Positions 48,855 to 61,189 of a stretch of 64,000 nucleotides of DNA are shown here, piece after piece. Source of the DNA: Mobula hypostoma. Lineage: Eukaryota. The notes under the pieces were generated by a model. It was not told the origin of the DNA, ran no database searches, and saw only the letters and a list, made by a program, of their open reading frames with translations. The first letter of the stretch is position 1, and every line of letters starts with the position of its first letter. A program made the translations under genes and the position numbers. The stretch covers positions 128,156,001 through 128,220,000 of the forward strand of contig NC_086097.1 of assembly GCF_963921235.1 (NCBI RefSeq). The letters are read 5' to 3'.

Positions 48855-49215
48855 GGGTGACGCAGTGGTGCAGCTGGCCTAGTCACTGCCCAACAGGACC
48901 AGAGGCCTGGGTCTAATCCGACCTCCGGTGTTATCTATGTGGAGATAGCATGTTCTTCCTGTGCTTGCATGTGTTTCCTTTGGGTGCTGTGGTTTACTCC
49001 CACATCCAAAAGATTTGCAGGTTGGTAAAACGGGCCATTGTGAAATTGAAAATTGAGCCAAGTGCATAGCTGAGTGGTAGAATCTGCGGGAGATGCTGAG
49101 AATGTGGGTAGTAAAAGAATGAGATTAATATAGGATTAGTGCAAATGAGTGACTGGCAATAGGGGTAGACTTGATGGGCTGAAGTGCCTGTTGATAGTAC
49201 TGTATCTTTCAATGA
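48855..49215 (+). mobile_element. tRNA-derived V-SINE
   Basis: TGGTGCAGCTGG A-box; GCATGTTCTTCCTGTG..GGTGCTGTGGTTTACTCCCACATCCAAAAGA V-domain. Confidence 0.65.
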
Positions 49216-49229
49216 CTACAAAATAATTT

Positions 49230-49550
49230 TATAAAATTATGAGAGGTGTAGATGGACAGTCTGTATCTTTTTTCCAGGATCAAAATGTTTAATACTAGAG
49301 GACATGCGTTTAAGATCATGGGGGAAAGTTTATGTGAGGCAAGCTTTTTCACACAGAGGGTGGTGGCTACCTGGAATGTACAGCCGCGAGTGCAGATGGA
49401 GGCAAATATCACAGAGGAATTTCGTAATTAATATACAATGAAAGGAGGAATGTAGATCGTGTGCTGGCAGAAAGGATTAGCTTAGTTCATCATTAGGTGT
49501 GTTAATCTGGGCCAAAGGGCCTGTTACTGTGCTGTTCTATTCTTTGTTCT
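49230..49550 (+). mobile_element. CR1 3' fragment
   Basis: TATAAAATTATGAGAGG, TTTTTCACACAGAGGGTGGTG, GGGCCAAAGGGCCTG. Confidence 0.7.
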
Positions 49551-50935
49551 AAATGCCTGAGGAAGGCTCCAGTGCTCTGGATCTGCAGTGTTTCACTGTA
49601 GGACTGTAACCCACATGGTTATGAACTGAACAAAGGAGAGGGATTAAGTTCAAGTGCACTGATGGGTGGCATACATTCCCTCTGTGATGTGGATTTCTAT
49701 AAGAAGAGAAAAACAGATCAATTAGAACATCCAGGCCTTCATGCCTGCTCTGCCTTCCAACACTCTACGTTCATATTTTACCTGTGCTCCATTTCCATTC
49801 ACTAACCCTATGTCCCTTGATTCCCCTAACATCAACCTATGATTTTACAAAGGTCGCAGAACCAGTCAGGAATGAGTTAGCAACTGGAGCTGGTCTAACA
49901 GAGAGATAGAAAGTGTAATCGAAGTCACTCAGATCTTTAATTTCAAAGTCGGAACTTCCAAATAAAGAGGAAATGTCAGCCTGTGAAACTCCTTGCATCC
50001 TAGGAACTGAGTACGTGTTGGGTAAAGGCATCTGTGAATCAGCGACCTCTAAATTGATGGTGATCACACAAGACCTAACGTAAGCTTCTTCTGCACATGC
50101 CAGTGAACATCTGCTATGGTGCCTAGTTGTTTAACTACCATGGCCAGGTTGGGATTGAGCTACTTCAATCACTTTTCTCATCTCAAAGACATTTAATTCC
50201 ACCAACCACTCAAGGCTCTCCTGGCTTCCAGTAACTGGGGAAAGGACTTGGCAAATTCACTGCTGGAAAACCAGTGAAGAGCTGATGAATTTTCCACCAT
50301 AAAGGGACAGAAACATAATGATAATGGGAAACAAATAGATCAAGTGGATTAAACTGTAGTGACACAGAGCCCTAAATACTCTTTTAAACAGAATACTTTT
50401 TATTTTGTAGAGTAAATTCTAACAGAGACTATACTTCCTACAAAAACTTTCAAAAACAAAATACAATAGAAGAACAAACCAGATGGGAGACTCATTTGTC
50501 ACAGAAGGACAGATTTAGGAAGAGCTCCTTCTTGGACTGAAGCTGATGAGAGGATTCCATGTTTTCATTTCTGTAACTCAAAACAGAGTTTCCTGCCTTT
50601 TACTATTTATATTGATTTTTAACTAATTATCAATTGATGACCTCTTCTGCAAGCACTGTTTCATAATTGCATTGATTTGGTCAATTCAATTGATCATCTT
50701 AATTTGGCCAACATGGACAATGTTGTTTCTCCTAATCAGGTCACAACCTCCATCAGGTTAATAAAGGCAGTACCGTTTTTCTTGATCAGGTCAAGAGGCT
50801 GAGGAGAGATAACTAGTGGGAATTTAAACTATTTAATGATATTTATCTTGGATGGTTTCTTCTGCTGTGCCAGAACTTTGAAGTTAGCAAAATGCACCTT
50901 GGTCCTGGTCATTGAATATCCATCACAAAACAAGG

Positions 50936-51267
50936 GGTCACAGTTTGAGGATTCCAGAATGAGGGGTCACAGTTTAAGGATAAAGGGGAAGCCTTTTAGG
51001 ACCAAGATTAGGAAAAACTTCTTCACACAGAGAGTGGTGAATCTGTGGAATTCTCTGCCACAGGATACAGTTGAGGCCAGTTCATTGGCTGCATTTAAGA
51101 GGGAGTTAGATATGGCCCTGGTGGCTAAAGGGATCAGGGAGTATGGAGGGAAGGCTGGTACAGGGTTCTGAGTTGGATGATCAGCCGTGATCATACTAAA
51201 TGGCGGTGCAGGCTCGAAGGGCCAAATGGCCTACTCCTGCACCTATTTTCTATGTTTCTATGTTTCT
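50936..51267 (+). mobile_element. Young CR1 3' fragment with 9-bp TSD
   Basis: RGHSLRIKGKPFRTKIRKNFFTQRVVNLWNSLP; (TTTCTATG)n tail; AAAACAAGG at 50927-50935 and 51268-51276. Confidence 0.88.
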
Positions 51268-51419
51268 AAAACAAGGTACAGTAATCCTGGGTAAATTATG
51301 GGCACTCTTTGTTATCCTATGGTCATAAACAAACAAAATAGCCACGTCTATAACATTGACAGAATTCAGATCTCCTCCTACACAATATTTTTTACTCATT
51401 GAGATACCTCTGGCCATTT

Positions 51420-52072
51420 ATCTGGGCTGGATCTGGGGTTGAGGGGGTAAACAGCTTTAAGTTCCTCAGCATCCACATCACCGAGGACCTCATGTGGTCT
51501 GTACACAACAGCTGTGTGGTGAAAAAGACACAACAGCACGTCTTTCACCTCAGACGGTTGAGGAACTTTGGTATGGGCCCCCAAATCCTAAAAACTTTCT
51601 ACAGGGGGACAATTGAGAGCATCCTGACTGGCTGCATCACTGCCTGGTATGGGAACTGTACCTTCCTTAATCGCAAGACTCTGCAGGTAGTGTGGACAGC
51701 CTAGCATACTGTATCTGTAGTTGTGAACTTCTCATGATTCAGGATATTTACAAAGACAAGTTTGAGAATGGAGCTCAAAGGATCATTGGGGACCCAAGTC
51801 ACCCCAACCACAGTCTATTCCAGCTTCTACCATCCGGGAAATGGTACGACAGCATAAAAGCCAGGACCAATTGGCTCTGGGGCAGCTTCTTCCACCAGGC
51901 AATCAGACTAATTAACTCTGAATGTATTTCTATGTTACATTGACTGTTCTATTTATTATAAATTATTATGAATTACTATGATTGCACATTGCATGTATGG
52001 AAGGAGACATAATGTAAAGATTTTTACTCTTCATGTATGTGAAGGACATAAGAAATAAAGTCAATTCAATTC
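51420..52072 (+). mobile_element. Rex1/Babar LINE 3' fragment
   Basis: VEGVNSFKFLSIHITEDLMW..LRRLRNFGM..FYRGTIESILTGCITAWYGNC; DPSHPNHSLFQLLPSGK; AATAAAG-(TCAAT)n tail. Confidence 0.88.
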
Positions 52073-52729
52073 CTACTTGGTCTTTCACTGAGTGGGTTGG
52101 CATCTAAGAGTCAACCACATGGCTTTCCATATATGGATTTACATACAGACCAGACTGGGTAAGGAAGGCAGGTCTGATGATGAATCAGAAATGCTTTTAA
52201 AACAAAAAGGAAGGTTCTGTATTGCCATTACTGATACCAGCTTACTTCTCATTGCAGAAGCTTGTTTGATCAACTTATTTCCTCTGGATCTGTGGAGCAG
52301 TTTGAACTCTTGTGAATTCTGGGGCTCTAGTCTAGTAACTACCAGTTAAAATATTGTAGCTTCTTCAAGTTTTTGAAAAGCAGAAAGACTAGCTTCCAAT
52401 ACCTCATCAGACAGATCTCATGTTTTATTCCAATTTTTGATTCATAAATGTGTTCCTAGGACTGGATACATTTAGCAATGACGAAAGGACATAAGACCCT
52501 ACAGATGCTGGAATCTGGAGCAACAAACAATCAACAAACTCAATGGCTCTTCATTTGAACCCAAAAGGTTTTGACCCAAAGCGCTGTCTATTTCCCTGCC
52601 TGATCCGTTAAGTTCCTCTAGCAGTGTGTATTTCTGCTAGCTAAGAAGAAAAGGGACTATTTTCTTTGGAACCGAGTTCACTGAGGGGGGGTTTAATTCA
52701 GTGCACAAGGTTATGGAGTTCTTGAAGTA

Positions 52730-53070
52730 GCACGGTGGTGTTTCAGCACTGTTGTTCTCTCCGTGATCCAGGTTCATTTCTGACCTTGGGTACTACCTGT
52801 GTATAGACACATGTCCTTCCTGTGATTGGATGGGTTTTCGCTGGGTGCTCCAGCTTCTGCTATATCCCAAACATTTATTAGTTAATTAGCCACTGTCAAT
52901 TATCAGTTAGTGTGGGTTAAGGGCAAAAAGAATCTAATGGGAGAGTGTGAGAGCAAATTATTTGCAGGGATATAGGGAAATAAGGACAAAGGAAATGGTG
53001 ACAATGGGATTATTTAGGGAGAGATAGCATGCAACCAATGGGACAAATGACTTCTTTCTGTCTCCAAGAT
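52730..53070 (+). mobile_element. V-SINE remnant
   Basis: CAGGTTCATTTC B-box; TGGGTTTTCGCTGGGTGCTCCAGCTTC..ATCCCAAA. Confidence 0.5.
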
Positions 53071-53239
53071 AAAGTGAACAGAAAAGAAGTTTACCTTTTC
53101 ACAGCTGACACAAAAAGCTGGAGGCAATTGATTGAATATAATTGGTAGAGAAGCCACAAAGCAAATAAGGAAAGAGTTTTTCCACTCAGTGTTGTGGAAG
53201 GCTGGAACTCTGACTGAAAAGGTGGTCAAGACAAGTTGA

Positions 53240-53690
53240 GACAAGACAAGTTCATTGTCATATGTGCAAGAATGGTGAGGTACAAGGTACAATGAAAAGC
53301 TTGCTTGCAGCAGCATCACCGTCACGTACATTCAAACCACGCCCAGAACATATTCCACACATATTGTACATAAAATATGCAAGACTGTGAAGAAAAACAA
53401 GACTGTGCAAAATAGACATGAATGAAAAAAAAAATCCCACTCGGAGAAGTCGTGTTCTGTTGCTGAAGATCAATTCAAGAACCTGACATTTGAAGGAAAG
53501 TAGCTGTTCCTGAACCTGGTGCTGTGGAACTTCAGAATTCTGTACCTCCTACTTAGTGGTATCAGTAAGAAGAGGCCATCAGCCCAAGGGTGATCTTTGA
53601 TGATAGGTGGCACATTTTTGAGGCAGTGCTTCATGTAGATGTCAGCAGTGGTGGGAGGGCTGTACCATAATGGACTGAGCATAGCCCTCC
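53240..53690 (-). mobile_element. Rex1/Babar 3' remnant
   Basis: Minus ORF: IIKDHP..LF.L.P..RRYR.LK..STRFRNSYFP. Confidence 0.65.
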
Positions 53691-54037
53691 ATCTCACTGA
53701 CTGCAAACCTCATCACATTTAAAATCTACCCATGTACTTATAGAGCCAAGAACTATAGTGCTGTATGGTGGTGGGATGAGAGTGGATATTTCTTTTAGCA
53801 CTGCACTATATAATGGATGCATGGCTTCTTTCTGAGGTGTGAGTGTACTATGATCCTGTCATCACCACTAGCAATCAATGCAAGAAGGGATGACTGTTGG
53901 AGCAGTTCCTTCCAATATAGCTTGAGCACACGATACATTTGAACTCAGAATATTCTACGCCGGATATTAAAAAATGCTATGATAATCCTATGATTCCGGG
54001 ATTGCTTGAGACTCTTACTATGTCTCCCATGTATGTT

Positions 54038-55160
54038 AAAAAGATGAGGAGTAGTTTTTAAAGGTGGGGGGAGGGGAGAGAGAAACACAGGTGATAGGTG
54101 AGACCAGGAAGGGGAGAGAAGAAGTAAAGAGCTGGGAAGTTGATTAGTGAAAGTGATACAGGGCTTGAGAAGGGGGAGTCAGCTAGGAGAGGACAGAAGG
54201 CCATGGAAGAAAGAAAAGAGGGGCGGGGAAGAACACCAGAGGGAGGCGATGGGCAGGCAAGGAGATAAGGTGAGAGAGGGAAAAGGGGATGGGGAATGGT
54301 GAAAGCAGGGGGCATTACCAGAAGTTGGAGAAATCAATGTTCATGCCATCAGGTTGGAGGTACCTAGATGGAGTATAAGGTGCTATTCCTCTATCCTGAG
54401 TGCGGCTTCACTGCAGCAGTAGAGGAGACCATGGACTGACATATCAGAACAGGAATGGGAAGCAGAATTAAAATGGGTGGCCACTGGGAGATTCCTCTTC
54501 TTCTGGCAGACAGAGCATAGGTGCTCGGTGAAGGAGTCTCCCAATCTACATCGGGACTCAGCAATATACAGGAGGCCACATCAGGAGCTCCAGATACAGT
54601 AGATGATCCCGACAGGCTCACAGGTGAAATGTCGCCTCACCTAGAAGGACTTTTTGGATCTCTGAATGGTAGTGAGGGAGGAGATGTTGGGGCAGGTGCA
54701 GCATTTGTTCTGCTTGCAAGGATAAGTGCCAGGAGGGAGATCAGTGGGAAAGGGTGAGTGGATAAGGGAGTCGTGTGGAGAACCATCCCTGCGGAAAGCA
54801 GAAAGTAGGAAGGAGGGAAAGATGTGCTTGGTAGTGGGATCCCATTGGAGATGGCTGAGGTTGCAGAGAATTAGGTGCTGGTGGGATGGTAGGTAAGGAC
54901 AAGAGGAACCTTATCCTTGGTAGGATGGTGGGAGAATGGGGTAAGAGCAGAATTGTGTGAAATGGAAGTGATACAATTGAGGCCACCATTGATGGAGGAA
55001 AGGAAGCCCTTTTCTTTGAAAAAGGAGGACACCTCTTTCATTCTGGAATGAAAAGCCTCATCCTGAGAGCAGATGCAGCAGAGACTGAGGATTTGAGAGA
55101 AGGGGATGGTGTTTTTACAAGTAACAGAGTGAGACGAGGTGTTGTCCAGGTAGCTGTGAG
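54038..55160 (-). mobile_element. Penelope-like retroelement fragment (RT C-terminus, Cys-rich linker, GIY-YIG endonuclease, 3' region), pseudogenised
   Basis: Minus translation GTYPCKQNKCCTCP..F*VRRHFTCEPVGIIYCIWSS*CGLLYIAESRCRLGDSFTEHL..PVATHFN; possible TSD core TCCCATGTA at 54025-54033 and 55163-55171. Confidence 0.9.
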
Positions 55161-55329
55161 TATCCCATGTAGCTATCTCTTATAATAGCTCCCTGCTGGT
55201 CAGACACCGCCTTAATACTAATGTTACTCAATAATAAATCTTTGCCTTAACTTCAAATCAGTCATAAGTCTGATCTATCATTAAGAGGGGGCAGGATGGA
55301 GGGGAGGATCAATGTCTGATTTATGGAGT

Positions 55330-55875
55330 TCAAAGTTCAAAGTAAAAATTAATATCAGAGTACATACATGTCATTACATACAGCCCTGAGATTCTTTTTC
55401 CTGCGGGCATACTCAGAAAATCTATAAAACAGTGACTGTAAACAGGATCCATGAACAATAACTGTACAAATATAAATATATAACAATAAATAATGAATAT
55501 GAAATAACAAGATAAAGAGTCCATATAGTGAGACCATCGGTTTGGGAACACCAGAAGCAGAAAGAGTGTAGTTATCCCCTTTTGTTTAAGAGGCTGATGG
55601 TTGAGAGGTAGTAACTGTTCTTAAACCTGCTGATATGAGTCCTGAGGCATTTGTACCTTCTACCTGATGATAGAAGTGAGCAAAGAGCATGGCCTGGGTG
55701 GTGAGGATCTTTGAAAATGGATGCTGCTTTTCTATGGCAACGTTTCATGTTGATGCAGCCAATCAGCACACTCTCCACCACACATCTGTAGAAGTTTGCC
55801 AAGGTTTTTGATGACATGCTGAACCTCCACAGACTCCTGAGAAAGGAGAGCTGCTATTGTGCTTTCTTTGCAATT
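55330..55875 (-). mobile_element. Rex1/Babar 3' fragment
   Basis: MSSKTLANFYRCVVESVLIGCI..KAASIFKDPHHPGHAL.SLL.SGRRY. Confidence 0.8.
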
Positions 55876-55962
55876 ATATTTTTATGGAGCTTCTGATAGG
55901 ACTGATAGGACCAGTGTTTAATTAAATAAAGTCAATCACTTAATCAGCGCAATATTCCAGCT

Positions 55963-56114
55963 ACACACATAAAAGTTGCTGTGTTCACCAGCAACTTCTA
56001 TGTGTGTTGCTTGACTGTACCTCTTCCTAGAGATGCTGCCTGGCCTGCTGCATTCACCAGCAACTTTTATGTGTGTTGCTTGAAATTCTAGCATCTGCAG
56101 ATTTCCTTATGTTT
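55963..56114 (+). mobile_element. Short Penelope-like terminal-repeat insertion with inverted and tandem pieces, 14-bp TSD
   Basis: GCAATATTCCAGCT at 55949-55962 and 56115-56128. Confidence 0.8.
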
Positions 56115-56501
56115 GCAATATTCCAGCTTACTTAGGTCTCGTGCCTTGCAAAATATAATCAGAGTTTCTTGCGCTTCTTTTTTATGGTATTTTAATTCTA
56201 ATAAAAATTCCCTATTCTGGAAAGAACTGTTGGTACCATTATGACACAGGGCTCAGATAGAGCCAGGATTGTCTATTCAAAGTTCAAAATTCAATGTTCA
56301 AAGTTCAAAGTAAAATTCTTGCCAATGTACATATATGTCCATATACTATTTTGAGATTCATTTTCTTGCACTCACAGTGGAATAAACAAATAAAGTGTTT
56401 ATTTTTGTGCACATAAACAAAGACTGACAACTAACCAATGTGCAAAAGAAAACACACTTCTCAAATACAATAATAATAATAATAATAAGAAGAAGAAGAA
56501 G

Positions 56502-57182
56502 ACCATAAGCCATAGGAGCAGAATGAGGCCATTTGGCCCATTGAGTCTGCCCCACCCTTTCAGCATAGCTGACCCGTTTTCTCTCTCAATCCCATTCTCC
56601 TGCCTTCTCCTCATAACCTTTCACACCCTGACTAATCAAGAACCTATCAACCTCTACCTTAAATACACCCAATGACCTGGCCTCCACTGTGGAATCTCTA
56701 GCAACAAATTCCACCAATTCACCACCCTCTGGTTAAAGAAATTCCTCTTCCTCTTCATCATTGTTGTAAATGGTCATCCTTCTAATCTGAGGCTGTGCCC
56801 TCTATTGTTAGACTCTCCCACTATAGGAAACATTCTCTCTGCATTCACTCTTATCTCGGCCTTTCAATATTCAATAGGTTTTAATGAGATCCCCCCCCCC
56901 ATTCTCCTAAATTCCAGTGAGTACAGGCCTAGAGCCATCAAACGCTTCTCATATGATAACCCTTTCATTCCAGAATCATTCTTGTGAACCTCCTCTGAAC
57001 TATCTCCAATGTCAGCATATCTGTTCTTAGATAAGTGGCCCAAATCTGCTCACAATATTCCGTGAGGCCTCATCAGTGCTTTATAAAGCCTTAGCATTAT
57101 ATGCTTGCTTCCATATTTTCTTTCTCTCAAAATAAATACTAATGTCTCATTTGCCTTCCTTACAACCAACTGAACCTGCAAG
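56502..57182 (-). mobile_element. CR1 3' fragment, adjoining an (AAT)n(AAG)n microsatellite at 56468-56501
   Basis: Antisense tail CCATAAGCCATAGGAGCAGAA..GGCCATTTGGCCC; MLRLYKALMRPH. Confidence 0.8.
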
Positions 57183-58779
57183 CTGTTTCCTTTTCTTTTA
57201 AAAACATGGTAGTCAACTTCTTCCATGACTTTGTCTCTCACTATTCAGACCAGAAACTAGTCAAAACCTTTGCATTTCTCTGTTTCTGGTCTCTGGTATA
57301 TACACTGTTCCTAAGAGTGGATGTGGAGAGGATGTTTCCTATAGTGGGAGAGTCTAAGTCTAGAGGGCACTGTTCCTTTACCCAACCTTTGGCTCCCATG
57401 CCTTCTGCTTTCCACTCCAGTTCCTTCGACTTTTCACGACATAAACTTGGATTTATATAGCACCATTAAAGTGGTAAAGATACCTTAATGAGCTAGCTTA
57501 TAAAAAGATGAGCTTCACTTGAATTGAGCTAAGATCACTGAATGAGTTAAATAAATGACTTGGATTGCAGATTAGCATAAACCTATTAGTTGGAAGTGAA
57601 GTTGATAGTTGCAAAGAGAACTGATGAGGGGAAACTTAGGAAGTTAAAGAGCACAGTCAAAGCAATCGTCAAATGGGTAATGATAACCAAGAAAGGCAGG
57701 ATGCAAACATGTTCAGTATATCTTCAATTAGAACTAGATTTGGATAAAAAGGCAAAGATTCTAGTTTAGATGGTACACAATGTTCATAGATTGTTAGATA
57801 AGTTAATGTCTCAGTCTAATAGCCATTACGTGGATGAGATTGCAAAGTGATCAAGATTGGGAATTAAATATTCCAGGATATTAACTTTTAGATGAGACAG
57901 GGAAAAGGGGAGAAATGGGGAGTGATGTGTGAAACAACAAAGGGCCAGAATCTTTGGTGGGAGCTTCTGGAGCACTCCAAAGAACATTGGGAGTAGAAGA
58001 CATAGTAGCAATCAAAAATATATAATATTTATTACACTGTAAACTCTCATTTACCCAGCATTTATATATCTAGAATTCTGCAAATTTTTTCTAGTAATTT
58101 CATGCTATATATTTTATTTCAGGTATTATGCAAAATAAATGTGAAAAGACATTTTAGCTTACTTACATTTATGGAATTAGATATTTAATTTTATAATTTA
58201 TAGTAATTTTTTGATTTGTATTATATAGCTGTTGCAAAATAAGTCAGAGATAATAAGACTGATTCTGATTCCTTAACATTTGGTTCTTGAACCAACCTGT
58301 ACAACCTTAATCACTATATTAATATTGTAACGTTATGATCACGTTGACCATTTTGCACTACAATAGACTTTAATTTTTGTTTTAATTGTGTTCTTTTTTG
58401 AAGAAAATATGCATAATTTATGTTTAGTTCATGTTTTATTTGTGAACACTGCTTATACAGTCCTGTGTGCCTGTGATGCACCTGCAGGTAACTATTTCAT
58501 TTCACCTTTGCATACTTGTGTAAATGACAATAAACTTGACTTCAACATAAGGGTCATACAATTGTATACTGATTAGTAGTAACATCCTCCTTGAAGATTT
58601 AGAAATGAGTATAGACATTTACTTGATTTAAATTTGCTGTGCTTTACATTGATACTGTTTAGCCTTAAAATATAGAGTTAATGTATGAAACAATGTTATT
58701 TAAAAGAGTAAGGAGGTGACATATGTTTCAACAAATTATAAAGTCATAGAGTCAAAATTTTCATTTTTCAACCTTAACT

Positions 58780-59085
58780 CATGACTTCTGGCTGTAGTCC
58801 CAACAAACCACAGTGGAAGAAGTCTGGCTGCATTTACTCTATCTATACCCATCATAAGTTTGTATACCTCTATCAAATCTCCTCTGAATTTTCTACTTTA
58901 CAAGCAATAAAGTCCTAACCTATTCAATCTTCCCTTATAACTCAGGACCTCCAGACCTGGCAACATCCTTGTAAATTTTCTCTGTATTCTTTCAACCTTA
59001 CTTTTATCTTTCCCGTAGGTAGGTGACCAAAACTGCACACAATACTCCAAATAAGGCCTCACCAAAGTCTTATACAACTTCAAGA
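58780..59085 (-). mobile_element. CR1 ORF2 C-terminal fragment
   Basis: KLYKTLVRPYLEYCVQFWSPTY.KD..KVERIQRKFTRMLPGL. Confidence 0.88.
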
Positions 59086-59889
59086 TTTGTTTAAAGTTTT
59101 ATGCATAAACTGCTATTGTGTGATATACAGTGCTTGAGCAAGTCTTATGAAACAGGCATATTAATGTAACTAGCATAGCTCCACCTCTCCATTCCCCATG
59201 GATGTTTGAGAGTGCACTGTACAATCACTGGGAGGAATCAAATCACATTCGCAACAGTAGTGTGAAGGCTGAACTTGTGGAGTACATGGAGATGGTTTTC
59301 CAGATCAGTATGTTGAGATACTAGAACTATTTTGTTTCTAATATTTTGACTATGGCTTACAATGGAAGCTAGAGATAGCATTAGATGGATGGGAAAGATT
59401 CAAATTGTTTTTCAAAAGAGCAGTAACACTAAAAATTGTGGTGATATCAGGATTCAGCAAAGGAAGATTAAAAAAAAAGGGAAAATGGAATAAAGGGTTA
59501 ATTTGTCAAGTAATGTAAAAATAGATTATACCACCTTCCATGGATATGTGACTGGGAAAATATTAACAAAAGTTAATATAGATCCCTCACCGACAAAAAC
59601 AGGAGGAATTGTTTTGGGAATAAGGAATAGCAGCAAATTTAGTCAAATATTCTATGTAGGATAGCAAGTTTAGAACAGAGGCATTCAATTGAATTTTCAT
59701 CAGTTCCAAAGTTGTGTTGGAAGCATATTATAAGTGGGACTGAAAGCCAATAAATCCTCAGAACTTGATGACCTGAATGCCAAAGTTCTGAAAGGTGATG
59801 GATAAATGTGGATCTCAGCTTCCAAAGTTCCATAGATTTGGGAATGGTTCTACAGACTGGATTGTATAATTGTAAAGAATTGTAGAAAT

Positions 59890-59990
59890 AAGTCCTGATG
59901 AAGGGTCTTGGCAAGAAACATTGACTGTTTACTCTTTTCCATAGATGCTGCCTGACCTGCTGAATTCCTCCAGCATTTTGTGTGTTTTGT
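59890..59990 (+). mobile_element. Penelope-like terminal repeat starting at the hammerhead motif, about 14-bp TSD
   Basis: AGAATTGTAGAAAT (59876-59889) / AGAATTGT-GAAAT (59991-60003). Confidence 0.75.
59891..59927 (+). ncRNA. Minimal type-I hammerhead ribozyme motif (CpG-decayed)
   Basis: AGTC CTGATGA AGGGTCTTGGCAA GAAA CATT GACT: core boxes intact, stem I AGTC/GACT perfect, stems II and III damaged. Confidence 0.55.
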
Positions 59991-60124
59991 AGAATTGTGA
60001 AATATTTTGAAACATACTTGAAAAGGAATCATTATATGTAGATGAAGATTTTTTTTAGAGCAAGTTGGTTTGATAAGGAGTAATTAGCGGTTCATATGAC
60101 TTACATCACATTTAGTAGGATATA

Positions 60125-60515
60125 AGGACATAGGAGGATGAGGGATAAACTTATACGATAGTTCAAAATTATGAGGGGTATATTAACAGTCTTTTTTTCC
60201 CAGGGTGCTGTAGTTGAGTCTAAAACTAGGAGATTTATGTCTAGGATAAGAGAAGAAAGATTTGAATGCGAACTGAGGGGCAACTTTTTCACTCAGAAGC
60301 AAGTGAGTATAAGGAATGAGCTGCCAGAGGAAGTGTCTGAAGCAGGTACAATGATATCATTTAAAAAGCACTTGGATACCCTCGTGATGGAGTGCGTCTT
60401 TGAAGAATATAGGCTTAACTCAGGTAAATGAGACTAGCCAGTGGGCACCATTGTCTGCATGGACTGGTTGGGCTACAGGGTTTGTATTCGTGCAGCGTTG
60501 CTCCATGACTCTATA
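60125..60515 (+). mobile_element. CR1 3' fragment
   Basis: ESKTR..RIR.ERF..ELRGNFFTQ..VSI.NELPEEV; CR1 tail. Confidence 0.75.
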
Positions 60516-61189
60516 ACTTTATAAGAAACTCATTCTCACCGCTTAGCAATGACAGCTTTAGGTGGAACAATATGCAATTAGCCATTTAAACAACAGTAGA
60601 TTTGGGAACAATGGAAGCAGCAGAGTTATTGACAGACTTGGAATATTGAAGCTCTGAATCCACTTGATTCATAGATTGCACTATGATTGAATTTATTGTG
60701 GTTTCCAAGTACCGATACTAGAGAACTAGCTCTCAGATCCCAAATCAGCTTAGACTGGGCTCGAGATCTGAGATCCATTTACTCCGCTGGGAGGCTGTGA
60801 ATTTGGAGGTTTAAAGGGTGCATCAGCAGTTTCTTTTTCAAATATTTTCACTTAAGTTTAATATTTTTAATTAGTAACAAGTGTTCTAGGTGCTATGATA
60901 GTTATTTATAATAAAGTGTAATAATATAAAAACAATTACTTAAATTTTTAGAATTTTAAAATGTCTCTGAATGTAAGAGTTGTAAACTATTGAAAATCAC
61001 TCACAGCCCTCAATGTTGTGGTGTAGGAGATGGATTTTATCAGCTGTCTAAGGCCACAAAATGTGTTTTGTAGGCAAGGCATCTTGGCTATATTACTTCC
61101 TTTCACTGTCCATGTTTAAATTGTGTGTTTCTAGAGCAGGTAAATATAGCCATGGTGGGGCCAGGAGGTGGTAATTGGAAATTGATTTA

